A DNA stretch of 63,826 nt, the filler included, from Welwitschia mirabilis (Eukaryota), in NCBI GenBank assembly GCA_051453625.1. It is 9 parts of one record of this genome, joined end to end, with 100 filler letters (N's around TTAATTAATTAA, not from the genome) between each part and the next. Parts side by side here need not be neighbours in the genome. Positions count along the whole stretch, not along the records: positions 29,593 to 53,137 come from JBOZIK010000001.1; positions 53,238 to 59,650 come from JBOZIK010000001.1; positions 59,751 to 62,378 come from JBOZIK010000001.1; positions 62,479 to 63,826 come from JBOZIK010000001.1; 5 more parts are not named here. One strand, given 5' to 3'. The translations under genes and the position numbers were made by a program. How positions within the stretch are numbered: the stretch's first letter is position 1; each line of letters begins with the position of its first letter. The notes under the pieces were generated by a model. That model saw only the letters and a program-made list of their open reading frames with translations, made no database searches and was not told where the DNA came from. Positions 49,985-62,999 of this stretch are shown here, one piece after another.

Positions 49985-52900
49985 TAGCCCCCCACTTAGC
50001 CTTGTTAGTCCCTGACAAAACTAGGGGGTAAACCATATTTACGAGCCAACTTTTCATACAATAAAAACTAGGTTATCTAAAGGAAGCATCTGAAAAGAGA
50101 ATTGCAAAATATTTCAAAGATAAATTGAATTGCTAGAAATTTCAAAAATTGAACAAAAATACCTATAAAATATTAGAAGTAGATCATCTGGTTATGTCGT
50201 CTAAATGATAGTGGGGATGATAGGCTCCTCAAAAGATTTTTAGGGTTTGAAACCTGTGACAAAAGTCAGATTTCGCATTAATATTGATAATTAGATCCTC
50301 ATTGTGATAAAATGTCAAATAAAAAGATGAGCATCATGTAAAAATCAAAGAATCCTGTTTCAATAGTTAGCTCAAAATAAGGATCTGCAATTATGTATTC
50401 TCATAATCGAAAAAATTTATATTAGAAATATGTGATACTGAAATTATATGTATATCCTACCCCCCACTTAAAATGTGCAATGCATCCTGAAGTACCTAAA
50501 CTAACAAAAATGAAAAATGAAAAAATGATTGGAATGAAAACTACTAAACGTGTAAAGTCCTTAGAAAAGAAGAAAATGTAAAAATGACTAGAAAATAGTT
50601 AGACATGAAAACAGAAGAAAAGAAAAGAAGAAATAGATACAAGGAACAAGAATAAGAGTGTTTACCTATTCTAAGTACTAACATAGAAAACTCCAAAGGA
50701 AAACATCATAACAGTACCTAACAAAAGATGCATGACAAAATGTATTAACTCAATAAAGTTCATTCAAAAAAGGTAGTTGTTATGGCGATATCCATAGTTT
50801 CAAGTGTGTAGAACAATGAAGGTCAAAATCAAAAGGTACTTGGAAATGGACTCATCTATTTCTACCTACAAATTCACTGAGACCTCCAAAAGTGAAATGA
50901 TCAAGTGGGGATACTAAAAAGTTATATTTCTTTTGCCATGATGAAGGGAGTGCAACCACTGTCAGAGGAGTAAGGACCTGTGAATCATGTGCAACTGACC
51001 CCCCAGTGGAGTTCCCACAGCCATCATATTACACTGCCAAAGACTCCTCTCAGAAATATTTGCCCCGGTGTACTTGCGGTAGGACATCATGCTTTTTACT
51101 TTTCTTTCTTTTTTCTTTTTTGATAAAAAGGTAATTACCATAGGATCACATACTTAAGGAAGACTAAGATGAATAAGTAGAGTAAAAAATATAAAAGAAC
51201 ACTCCTTGATAACTTAGGATTTAACCACCATTGAAAAAAACAACACAAGAAATAAGGTATCTTCTTATAAATATAGTCCATAGATATGGGAATGTTTCAA
51301 AATTGGGTGAATCCAATCTTACCACTCATAAATGCCCAAGTATAAAACTAATTATGATACTTTATGAAGTAATACACAAGTTAAAATATGATCAAGTAAA
51401 GTTACAATATTTAACTAAGGAGTAGGCTAAGGGAAAACTTAGGTAGAATACAAATGCTTCTATTATGTTCACTATTGTGTCTAAAATTCCTCATGTTATT
51501 TCAATCATTTTCTATGTGTGCATACCATTTTTCATCCATTATTTTTATGATTTATTCTTTTATAATTTGTGTTAGGTTTAGATGGTTTTATAAAGACAAG
51601 CTAGATTTTTATTCTTTTTCAGCTACATCAAAGTCTCATATTAAAAATTGTTTATTTCCAAAGTGACATTACATTAATATAGTTCTAGTNNNNNNNNNNN
51701 NNNNNNNNNNNNNNNNNNNNNNNNNNNNNNNNNNNNNNNNNNNNNNNNNNNNNNNNNNNNNNNNNNNNNNNNNNNNNNNNNNNNNNNNNGTACTCTCATA
51801 ATTGAAAAACTTTATATCAGAAATATGCAATACTAAAATTATATGTGTATCCTACCCCCGACTTAAAATATGTAATGCATCCTAAATTGCCTAAACTAAT
51901 GAAAATGAAAAATGCAACAATAACTGGAATGAAAAACTACTAAACAAGTAAAGTCCTAATAAAAGAAGAAAATGCAAAAATGACTAGAAAATAGTAGACA
52001 TGAAAATAAAAGAAAAGAAGAGGAGAAATAGACACAACAAACAAAAAGAAGANNNNNNNNNNNNNNNNNNNNNNNNNNNNNNNNNNNNNNNNNNNNNNNN
52101 NNNNNNNNNNNNNNNNNNNNNNNNNNNNNNNNNNNNNNNNNNNNNNNNNNNNNNNNNNNNNNNNNNNNNNNNNNNNNNNNNNNNNNNNNNNNNNNNNNNN
52201 NNNNNNNNNNNNNNNNNNNNNNNNNNNNNNNNNNNNNNNNNNNNNNNNNNNNNNNNNNNNNNNNNNNNNNNNNNNNNNNNNNNNNNNNNNNNNNNNNNNN
52301 NNNNNNNNNNNNNNNNNNNNNNNNNNNNNNNNNNNNNNNNNNNNNNNNNNNNNNNNNNNNNNNNNNNNNNNNNNNNNNNNNNNNNNNNNNNNNNNNNNNN
52401 NNNNNNNNNNNNNNNNNNNNNNNNNNNNNNNNNNNNNNNNNNNNNNNNNNNNNNNNNNNNNNNNNNNNNNNNNNNNNNNNNNNNNNNNNNNNNNNNNNNN
52501 NNNNNNNNNNNNNNNNNNNNNNNNNNNNNNNNNNNNNNNNNNNNNNNNNNNNNNNNNNNNNNNNNNNNNNNNNNNNNNNNNNNNNNNNNNNNNNNNNNNN
52601 NNNNNNNNNNNNNNNNNNNNGGAAAACATCATAACAGTACCTAAGGAAAGATGCATGACAAAATGTATTAACTCGATAAAGTTTATTCAAAGGGGCAGTG
52701 GTTATGATGATATCCAAGGTTTCAAGTGTGTAGAACAATAAAGATTAAAACCAGAAGTTAGTTATAAATGGACTCATTTATTTCTACCTACAAATTCACC
52801 GAGATCTTCAAAATTGAAATGATCAAGTGGAAATACTAAAAAGTTGTATTCATTTTGCCATGATGAGGGGAGTGCAACCACTATCAGAGGAGTAAGGACC

Positions 52901-53237
52901 TGTGAAGCATAGTTAACTGGCCCTCCAGTGGAGTTCTCACAGCTACTATATTACACTGCCAAAGGCTTCTCTCAAAAATATTTGCCCCGGTGTACTTATA
53001 GTAGGACATCATGTTTTGTACTTTTCTTGCGGTAGGATATCACACACTTAAGAAAGACTAAGGTGAATAAGTAAAGTAAAAGATAGAAAAGAATAATCCT
53101 TGATAACTTAATATTTAGCCATCATTGTAAAAAAAAANNNNNNNNNNNNNNNNNNNNNNNNNNNNNNNNNNNNNNNNNNNNTTAATTAATTAANNNNNNN
53201 NNNNNNNNNNNNNNNNNNNNNNNNNNNNNNNNNNNNN

Positions 53238-55011
53238 GGCAAGCATGGTTTGTTGTAACAAGATTTTTTATGTTTACATTTGTCTTCTCTTGGATTTTTC
53301 TCAACTCCTTAATAGAATTCCTAATAGGATCACTATGGTTTTGGAAGTTGAAAGGCTTTGCCATGTTATTTTGATAGTTGGGTTGAACATTTTGATGTTC
53401 TAATCTATTTGGATAAGGTTGGAAGTTGGGATGATGTATTTAAAAATTATTAGGTTGTTCATTCATCTTATGTTGAAAATTATGATTGGGGACTTATCTT
53501 TGGTTATAATTTTGAGTGTAGCTGGAGGGTTATTAGTTCCAAGCATTAACTTCTTCATAAATTATTTCTTTATATGTAAGAAGTGAAGGATACTTTTTTG
53601 GTGATATGATAACTATCCTTGCATAAATCACAAGTTGGAATGACAATTTAACTTTTNNNNNNNNNNNNNNNNNNNNNNNNNNNNNNNNNNNNNNNNNNNN
53701 NNNNNNNNNNNNNNNNNNNNNNNNNNNNNNNNNNNNNNNNNNNNNNNNNNNNNNNNNNNNNNNNNNNNNNNNNNNNNNNNNNNNNNNNNNNNNNNNNNNN
53801 NNNNNNNNNNNNNNNNNNNNNNNNNNNNNNNNNNNNNNNNNNNNNNNNNNNNNNNNNNNNNNNNNNNNNNNNNNNNNNNNNNNNNNNNNNNNNNNNNNNN
53901 NNNNNNNNNNNNNNNNNNNNNNNNNNNNNNNNNNNNNNNNNNNNNNNNNNNNNNNNNNNNNNNNNNNNNNNNNNNNNNNNNNNNNNNNNNNNNNNNNNNN
54001 NNNNNNNNNNNNNNNNNNNNNNNNNNNNNNNNNNNNNNNNNNNNNNNNNNNNNNNNNNNNNNNNNNNNNNNNNNNNNNNNNNNNNNNNNNNNNNNNNNNN
54101 NNNNNNNNNNNNNNNNNNNNNNNNNNNNNNNNNNNNNNNNNNNNNNNNNNNNNNNNNNNNNNNNNNNNNNNNNNNNNNNNNNNNNNNNNNNNNNNNNNNN
54201 NNNNNNNNNNNNNNNNNNNNNNNNNNNNNNNNNNNNNNNNNNNNNNNNNNNNNNNNNNNNNNNNNNNNNNNNNNNNNNNNNNNNNNNNNNNNNNNNNNNN
54301 NNNNNNNNNNNNNNNNNNNNNNNNNNNNNNNNNNNNNNNNNNNNNNNNNNNNNNNNNNNNNNNNNNNNNNNNNNNNNNNNNNNNNNNNNNNNNNNNNNNN
54401 NNNNNNNNNNNNNNNNNNNNNNNNNNNNNNNNNNNNNNNNNNNNNNNNNNNNNNNNNNNNNNNNNNNNNNNNNNNNNNNNNNNNNNNNNNNNNNNNNNNN
54501 NNNNNNNNNNNNNNNNNNNNNNNNNNNNNNNNNNNNNNNNNNNNNNNNNNNNNNNNNNNNNNNNNNNNNNNNNNNNNNNNNNNTTCCAGATGGTGGTTTC
54601 ATTCATAAATCTTTTGATAAAGTTTTATTGAACTTTGCTCCAAGATTTTAGAATCTTACAAGGGATTGTTCTAAACCAAAGTTTAGCCTTATCTTATAAT
54701 GTGATGGGAAAAATGACCATATAGGTTCTATTAGTTATGTGCTTTTTACCATTTCCAGAAGTAAGAATGAGTTGTTTAATTTCAGTAATGTGTTATAGAG
54801 GGATTTCATTAGGTTCTCCTCAAAAATTAGGGTAAGCATTTAAGTTTTTATGTTCCACATCTTCGCTAGGAGGTAAGTTGAAAGGGTTTTGAATTTTAAG
54901 TAATTTATTTGCTATGAGATATCTCAGAGTCACACGAGGAGTAGGAGTAATAGTTCCAATGTCAAGTGATGGATTTGGCGAGATAGGTTGTTTTTGGTAA
55001 GAGATCAACAT
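53238..55011 (-). pseudogene. Athila gag
   Basis: YPNF*GEPNEIPL*HI..IFPITL*DKAKLWF. Homologous to 16069-17050. Confidence 0.8.
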
Positions 55012-55457
55012 AGTATTAGATTTCTCAAAATTAAAATCAAACTCTTTTGTGGAATTAAAATCAGAAATTTCATGAAATTTTAAAGTTTAAGTACCTGGGC
55101 TATTTTGATTTTTAAATCCAAATTTTAGCAAACCTTCTCTGATATTTTTTGCAATGAACTGCTTCTTTCTCTATTTTTACCATTTAGTTTTGGTTCTCAA
55201 AAGGTATCATCCTATACGTTATCTGGATGATAACCTAAACGATAGAGATAAAAAAACACAGAAAGCCATAGAATGAGGGAAAGTAGGAAAGGGAATAGTC
55301 ATCCGACTGTGACATCTGGATGACGAAAGGGACATCAGTGGTTAGTAAAAAGTTAAAACTAAAATAAAATACTTATAAAGTACTAGTACATTGCTAATAT
55401 AGCAAATATTTAGAATATCCATCGAAATAACAACAACTCTCGATTTCCAAGCAGCCT

Positions 55458-55475
55458 TTTCTAGCAACGGTGCTA
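55458..55475 (-). promoter_or_regulatory. PBS, tRNA-Asp type (decayed)
   Basis: TAGCACCGTTGCTAGAAA next to the LTR end at 55479. Confidence 0.75.
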
Positions 55476-55478
55476 ATT

Positions 55479-56582
55479 TATTATGATGAGAATTTATGCA
55501 ATGTTTCATGCCTTAATTTAAATCCTATTAATTACAAATAAGATGCACAAATATAGCATGCTAATATAGTCAGAGTAATCCAAATGTCGTAATTCCTTCG
55601 AAGGCCAATAGTATGGATAATAAAGAGTTGATTTCAAGAAATAAATATATAACTATAATCTATTGAAATAAATTGTAGTGCATGAAATTGAAATAANNNN
55701 NNNNNNTGCAAAACTAATCTATAAAAAGAAACAGTGATACAACTAATCTAATTAAGCTAAACCTTGACAAAGGATGCCTTCATAATCTATATAATTAAAG
55801 AAACCTATCACGAATCTTAAACAACATAAACTATGAGGGATAAGTTCTTGTAATTATTGATAAAAAGAATAATTCATATTAAAAGTATAAAAGATATATG
55901 TATCACAGAGTAGTCATTCCTCAATGGAGAATATGCCACCCAACACCAAGGTAGCGTCTCTTTGGATTACAAGATGGTTCTCCGGTCCCAAGATCTCCTA
56001 TAATAAGAATGTTAAGTACCGTCGAAGATGATTAGGAATTGAGGAGGAGACCTTTATNNNNNNNNNNNNNNNNNNNNNNNNNNNNNNNNNNNNNNNNNNN
56101 NNNNNNNNNNNNNNNNNNNNNNNNNNNNNNNNNNNNNNNNNNNNNNNNNNNNNNNNNNNNNNNNNNNNNNNNNNNNNNNNNNNNNNNNNNNNNNNNNNNN
56201 NNNNNNNNNNNNNNNNNNNNNNNNNNNNNNNNNNNNNNNNNCTATGGTTCTGCTTTAGTTTATCGTCCTGTCAGATTGCATGTGAAGTGCTGTCGACTAG
56301 TTTTGGATATGTCGTTCACTAGTGACATCTGGATGATCATGTGGATGATGATGTTTGGTAGAAAGATCTTTAGTTTAACTAGGAGTTATCTTAAAATAAC
56401 TCTATTTATTGCTCAATTAGAGTTATTGTCCTGACTGTCGTGTGAATGATGTGATGAATGACAATTGTTTCTTAATCTTTAGTCAATGTAATTAATTTGT
56501 TGTATGAAATAATTGTTATCCGAAATGATACTTTTCTATATCTGCATGAAATTCTTATGAATTATCTAATAATTAAATGTTT
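55479..56582 (-). repeat. 5' LTR, family B
   Basis: Collinear with 48775-49870. The outer end is in a gap. Confidence 0.88.
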
Positions 56583-56683
56583 TNNNNNNNNNNNNNNNNN
56601 NNNNNNNNNNNNNNNNNNNNNNNNNNNNNNNNNNNNNNNNNNNNNNNNNNNNNNNNNNNNNNNNNNNNNNNNNNNNNNNNNNN

Positions 56684-59290
56684 ACATTATGTATGCATCC
56701 TTAGTTGTTACTAGTTTTGATTCTAATTTTGGTTTTAGTTCTAGAAGTTTGAAAATTTTTAATTGAAAGTATAAATTTCTTCATATATTTTCTCCTTGTA
56801 GGTTAGTAATAGTAGATAATCCTTGATTATGTAATAGTTATTTTTACATAAGTCATATGTTGGCACAACACTCTTTTCAATTGTTAATTTTACATCTAGG
56901 AAGATTTTAGTATATCTATCTAGAATTACTATGAAATCTTTAATTAAATATAGGTTCAGTTTTTATTTTATCTACCTTCTTTTCTTGTTTTAGTTCTTTC
57001 AAATCTTTGATGATTTATCCTATATTGTAATTATCTCTAGATGTTGGTTTGGTAAAGTTTGGCTTACCTCAACAAGTTCTTCTAGTGTTTTCCAAGCATT
57101 TTCTAACATATGGTTCATTATATTTCCACCATAAGAGAAATCTATGTGTTATTTTATTTGATTATTTAATCTACTATAAAAGTAATCTATTAATATTTTT
57201 ATGTGAAAGTGACTATTGGATTAGAATGAATTACTATAAAGGGAAGTTCATATGTAGAAGAATAATTCTTATTTGGTTATTTTTGGAAATTAATCACTTC
57301 TTTTTTCTCTTCTTAATGATCACTTCACTTATAAATCTCTTAATGAATACTTCTTGGACTTGATTCCAAGTTTTTAGACTCTTGTAGGGTATAGTTCTTA
57401 CCCAAAGTTTTTCCTTTTCTTTTAACATAATTGGAAAAATAACCGTATATGTACGATTACTAATTCTTTTCTTTCTATTTTCAAAGGTAAGAACTAACTG
57501 TTCAATATCTAAAATGTGTTGGAGGGGATCCTCATGAGATTCGAAATCATCTTCTAATGGTAAATCAAAAGTAGTTTGTATTTTGTGCTTTTTATTAGGT
57601 ATTAATTTAGTAAGGCTAAGANNNNNNNNNNNNNNNNNNNNNNNNNNNNNNNNNNNNNNNNNNNNNNNNNNNNNNNNNNNNNNNNNNNNNNNNNNNNNNN
57701 NNNNNNNNNNNNNNNNNNNNNNNNNNNNNNNNNNNNNNNNNNNNNNNNNNNNNNNNNNNNNNNNNNNNNNNNNNNNNNNNNNNNNNNNNNNNNNNNNNNN
57801 NNNNNNNNNNNNNNNNNNNNNNNNNNNNNNNNNNNNNNNNNNNNNNNNNNNNNNNNNNNNNNNNNNNNNNNNNNNNNNNNNNNNNNNNNNNNNNNNNNNN
57901 NNNNNNNNNNNNNNNNNNNNNNNNNNNNNNNNNNNNNNNNNNNNNNNNNNNNNNNNNNNNNNNNNNNNNNNNNNNAAGTAGTTTGTATTTTGTGCTTTTT
58001 ATTAGGTATTAATTTATTAAGGCTAAGAATTGCATTAGGATAAAAGATCAAAGACCCTATGACTTATTTTTGTTTTTGTAAAGTGTTTGACATCTTAAAA
58101 CTATTTTATTTTAAATTATCTTCTAAAATTTTTTTTAATAAAATTAAATTCAAAAAAGATAAACTCAAAAGGGATATTGTATGCACCTTGGGATTGTGTA
58201 CTTAATTCTAATTCAAAGTTAACTAATCCTTCTTTGATATTTTCTTCTATTAGTATCCTTTATCTTTGATATTTCTTTTCCGAATTGATCATATCATAGA
58301 ATATTTTAGATAAAAAATAACAAAAAATAAAATAAAAAATAATTAATAGTCATCTGTATGGCCATGGAAATGACATAAGAGTCAATGATATAAAAAACAA
58401 ACTAAGTATTACTAAACTAAAAGAAATTAAAAGAAAATTACCATAAGCAAAAATAAGACTATCATCCACCTTGACATGGGGACTATAGTGAAGATGATGG
58501 TTATTTTACTACTACTTTAGATACCAAAAGAAAAAAACATTGATAGAAAATAAACTAGGAAATCTGTGATTTTTATTTGTAATGTCGTTTAGCTAATAGA
58601 GAGGATGATAGACTATTATTATAGACTAAGAAAAATTAAAAATTACTAACAGAAAACCTATGATTCTTAAATAGAAATAAAACTTTATTAAAAATAAATA
58701 TTTGAATTGAAAGTTGATATACTCACTTGAGCTATGACAATCCTCATGCTCCTCAATAGCCTTCCCTAGCAACAATGCCAAGATGTTGTGATGAATAATT
58801 TTACAACCCTTTATGTCATAATCACAAATAGATATATTACAAAATATGGTACACTAGTATAAATGGGAGTGACTCAAATGTTATAAACTTATTAAAGGTG
58901 TGCAAGAGAAGAAGGAGAATTGATTTTGGAGAAAATATTATATACAACACTTAAGAATAATGTAGGAAAATAAATATGCAATGCAATGAAAATTCAACTT
59001 AATCTAGATGAACATCTATCTAATTACTAGATTGACTCATTAGGAAGATTAGCCCTATATAATCTAAATCAATTAAAAAAATTGTTACTAACTAATACTA
59101 ACTTAGGTTATCAAGTAAGTCAAATAAAGTGTAATACAAAATGCTTATAATCTACTATCGTTAACCTTAACAAAGGTCTCCTTTAAGACCTATATCATTA
59201 AATGGCTGTCACTAAATCAAGAATAGCATAAATCATAAGGAATATTAAAGAGTATTAATGAATAAGAAAAAAAAGTTTGTATTATGAATC
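56684..59290 (-). mobile_element. Athila family D 5' part: gag remnant, leader, PBS (58763-58780), LTR (58784-59290)
   Basis: Gag HEDPLQHILDIEQLVLT..KLWVRTIP..TWNQVQEVF, PBS TGGCATTGTTGCTAGGGA, LTR terminus TGTTGTGATG at 58784. Confidence 0.8.
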
Positions 59291-59650
59291 TATTGTAGTG
59301 TAAATTTATGTAATCTTGAAGTACTTTTGATAAATCTATATATCAAATAACTTATAGAAAAACACATGCTAATATAAATAGTAGTTCACTTAAATGTTAT
59401 AATCCCAATGAAGGCACTAGTCTAAGAGTTAGAGATTTGATTTCCAAAATATTTTTGCCTTTTATCATATAATAACTAAAAGAAAATAAACAAGTAAATG
59501 CAATGCAAGTGAAAGGAAATGAAATGCAAATGGAAATGGAATGAACTCTATAGGTTCCTAATCCTTTAATCATAAGAACTAGATGATCTATAATTTAGAT
59601 CAATTAAAAAGAGTACTCAACTTATTCTTAATCAATATGAACTATGAGAT
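59291..59650 (-). repeat. Family A-variant LTR inserted in the family D LTR
   Basis: TATTGTAGTGTAAATTTATG start, collinear with the reverse complement of 9830-10231. Confidence 0.78.
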
Positions 59651-59999
59651 NNNNNNNNNNNNNNNNNNNNNNNNNNNNNNNNNNNNNNNNNNNNTTAATT
59701 AATTAANNNNNNNNNNNNNNNNNNNNNNNNNNNNNNNNNNNNNNNNNNNNACCATCTACCAACTAATGCTTTGCACATGTCGAAAAAGCTGACTATCATC
59801 TTAATTATCATTCTCATGACATAGAGGATGACCATACTTTTTTGACTGTTGTCTTCTATGTCATCCCCATAATAGTGAGGACAACCAATATATCTTCATC
59901 ATTTTGCTTTAATCATTCTTTATCCAAAAATGGCTTCTTATTTTGAGTATTATTACATATTTTAGCCTACATAGAAGCTTTGTATAATTTTCATAAATC

Positions 60000-61150
60000 C
60001 CTAGAAAAACCTATAAATAGTACCTAAAAATATACTTCACAAGTGCATTAAATAGGTTAAGTTGACATCTCAAAAATAGTGCATGCCATTTCATCTTTTT
60101 GTACTCTATTTCTAGAAGATCAACCATCACACGATGCTTAATATGTAAGATGCACTATCATACATCAAATAGCTACTCTTTGATGTGATGTTCTCTTCTT
60201 TCAACCATGAATATCCTTTGCTTAAGCGTGTAGATGCCTTGTTTTATCATCTCTTAAATGGTCTATGTCATCTCTGCCAGGAGAACCTAAATATGCTTAA
60301 AGATAATGCCAACTATTAGATTTCTATACCTGATGTTTCTCTACCTCTTCTCATATCTAGATGTCCATGTCCTATAGGTAATAAATTAAAGTCTAAACAT
60401 GTGTAAGTATTTTCTCATCCATTGGCTCAAGTATATCAAAGCATCTGAGCATAACTATGAGAAGGCACATATATCCTAGAGTATGAAGTAATCATACCTT
60501 GATTATACTCCTAAGTCTCCTCCAAATGAAGATCTGTAAGTCCATCTACTTTCCTTGTCTAAATACTACTAATATTTAAAGATGTACAACCATAACATGA
60601 CTATTATGGAATTATGGACTGATATTAAGAATCCATCTTCTATATAGAATTTAATATGAAAGTGATAACTATGTAACCAAGACTTCTCATTTATGAATAA
60701 TCAAATCAACTAAAGTATCTAGTATTGCACCATAAGCATTGTAATCCTATATCACACTAGTTAAATGAATATGTGTATTCTTGATACATCTATAACAATG
60801 CCTATAGTAATATGATTTGAGAGAATCATGATCTCATGGCTGCATATGACAGCTACAATCATGTCAATGAGTTAGTCACAAGCATCGAGGCATTACTCTA
60901 TATGAATAGTATCATAAAATTCTCTAGTATTTGACATGTAATATGCCCCATGTGCATCTATCATCTACCAAAGCTATAGATCTATAAGCCTTTGATCCAA
61001 CTTAGGCTCTAAATGGCTCATAAAATCTCCAAAATTTCTCTCTACATAAATAGTAGCTATTTGAATCGTCAGAGACCTGGTGTAACGCAATGAAGGGTGA
61101 ACTAGTTCTAGTCACTTAACCTCTAGTGGTGCTAATGGGACTTCCTCTTA
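60000..61150 (-). pseudogene. Decayed ATHILA-ORF/env-like 'plant transposon protein' frame
   Basis: VERNFGDF...L*LW*MIDAHGAYYMSNTREFYDTI...IVAVI(CS)HEIMILSNHI resembles ER.F..GW..Y..LVREFYAN..VRG..I. TGC AGC is a plausible decay of CGC GGC (RG). The lower boundary is a guess. Confidence 0.55.
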
Positions 61151-61849
61151 CTCTATTGCCTAGGCTTCTATCTCAACCTATCTCACTCTACATGTATGTG
61201 GCCTAATTAGTCATAAATACAAAGTGCATCATGTATGATCAAGTGGAGATAACTAAAATGTATTACATGAAAGCTTAAAATGACCCTATAAATTGGCTTT
61301 GAATGTGCAAAAATCATAAAAATATGTTCTATCATTTTCCCCAAAGAGCATTAATACTCTGATGTTATCTAATCATGCAAAGAAAAATGCAAAACATGTG
61401 AAAAAAGTCAAAAGATGTAAAATAGATGTACCCCATAAAAGGTAAAAAATAAAAGTGCTCAAATGAAAAAAATCTAATTTAGTAGAATTGTAATGCATAT
61501 TATACTAATTAATTTTTTCTAAAGGACCACTATGTTTTAACTTATAGTTTTTGGAAAAAAGATCTTGAAAGTTAAAAACCTAATTCTACCTAATAAAGTT
61601 TACAAGTCAAGATATCTTATAAAATAGATAGTAAAAATCAAATTTATAAGTTCCAAATTAAAGAGTAATTATTTTGGAGGTTTCCCTTAATGGGAAAACT
61701 TCCTCCCTATTATTGTCTAAATTCTTGCTTATCTTATTCCTTTGGTAGATGTTATAATGTCACTTGATCATATTTAACTTGACTTAGATTTTTAATTTTT
61801 CTCAAGAACTAGAATTTTCATATTATCTCCTTTGTGATCTAGAAAACTT

Positions 61850-62302
61850 AGTGGATGATCCTCTATTTTCATTTTATATTCTTTTATTATTATGTTTTTT
61901 CTTATGTTTTTTGTATCTACTATTATTCAGGTACATCGTCTGGATGACCACTGAGACGATGCTTATAGAAACATAACTAATCATGCTAGGACATGGTAAA
62001 TTTTGGTGAAAAGGTGAAATATCAAATAGAGCAGCTATTAATTAAAGAAAATATCTAAGAAGGTTTGGTTGACTATGAACATAACCTAGGTATGCACACT
62101 CTAGGTACACAAAATATTTCAAGAATTAAACGAGAAGAATTTATACATTTATTATTTTTGAATTTGATTTTTCAAAATAAAATTTTTCAAAAGATAGTTT
62201 AGAAGAAAATCATTTTATTATAATGTCAAATTCATCACAAGAACAAAAATAGATTTCTTTACCTAATTCTCCTATTATGATCAAAAGCTCTACTATCCTA
62301 GT
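61850..62302 (+). mobile_element. Athila-type 5' leader / gag start
   Basis: Similar to 15480-15730 (GGTGAAAA...AAAATATC.AA.AAGGTTTG...AGGTACACAA). Confidence 0.6.
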
Positions 62303-62378
62303 TGTTGCAGTGTGTATTTGTGCAATAGTTCACGTTTCAATTTCAATCCTGTTAATTATAAATAAGATGCAAAATACA
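62303..62378 (-). repeat. Family C LTR terminus
   Basis: TGTTGCAGTGTGTATTTGTGCAATAGTTCACG, as at 45220. Confidence 0.82.
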
Positions 62379-62478
62379 NNNNNNNNNNNNNNNNNNNNNN
62401 NNNNNNNNNNNNNNNNNNNNNNTTAATTAATTAANNNNNNNNNNNNNNNNNNNNNNNNNNNNNNNNNNNNNNNNNNNN

Positions 62479-62990
62479 ACTTGTGCATTATTATTCTCTT
62501 GGCTGTGGTTGTAATTTCCTTATTATGATGAACAATGTTATTCAATACCCCATTTAACTTAAAAACGTCCATCACTTTTAAGGTAAGACTTTATGACAAT
62601 ATGAGTATGTTAATCATTGGATGATATCTTATTAATGGTTGTCACAATTGAAGAGGGATTTAATTATAGTCGAAACATAACTTGATACTTTGATAAAAAT
62701 AATAATTAGACATTATCATATTCACTATTCTTTTGAATGATATCCGATAGTGTTTTACATTAAATCATGCATTTCTATATTAAGTAGCTTTATACTCTTT
62801 ATTACAAAGTTTTTCTAGGTTGGAATTTAGGGCAAAATGTTAATCTTCTTCATGTCCTATGTTGTCCATTTTTTTATTTGTCTTATCTTAGTTTGTTTAT
62901 TTGTCTTCTCAAAGTTATTTTTCTTACTTTTTCCAAAATAATGCTTAGGACTTCATCATTATCTAGTTTACTTATTACATTTTCATCACT
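62479..62990 (+). mobile_element. Athila-type 3' non-coding fragment
   Basis: Tail of the conserved 3' module, then weak collinearity with 22400-22850. Confidence 0.55.
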
Positions 62991-62999
62991 TAACTATTA

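Larger units (their letters stand above)
48775..56582 (-). mobile_element. Athila family B copy B2 (pol largely absent or in gaps)
   Basis: 3' LTR, PPT, 3' UTR (present twice), linker gap, gag, leader, PBS, 5' LTR. Confidence 0.78.

Noticed and set aside
50934-51092. The module as a C/D snoRNA, snRNA, 5S, hammerhead, twister or HDV-like ribozyme
   Set aside because: It has ATGATGA but no terminal CTGA box D, and no complete catalytic core is recognisable by eye. Left as an unknown structure.
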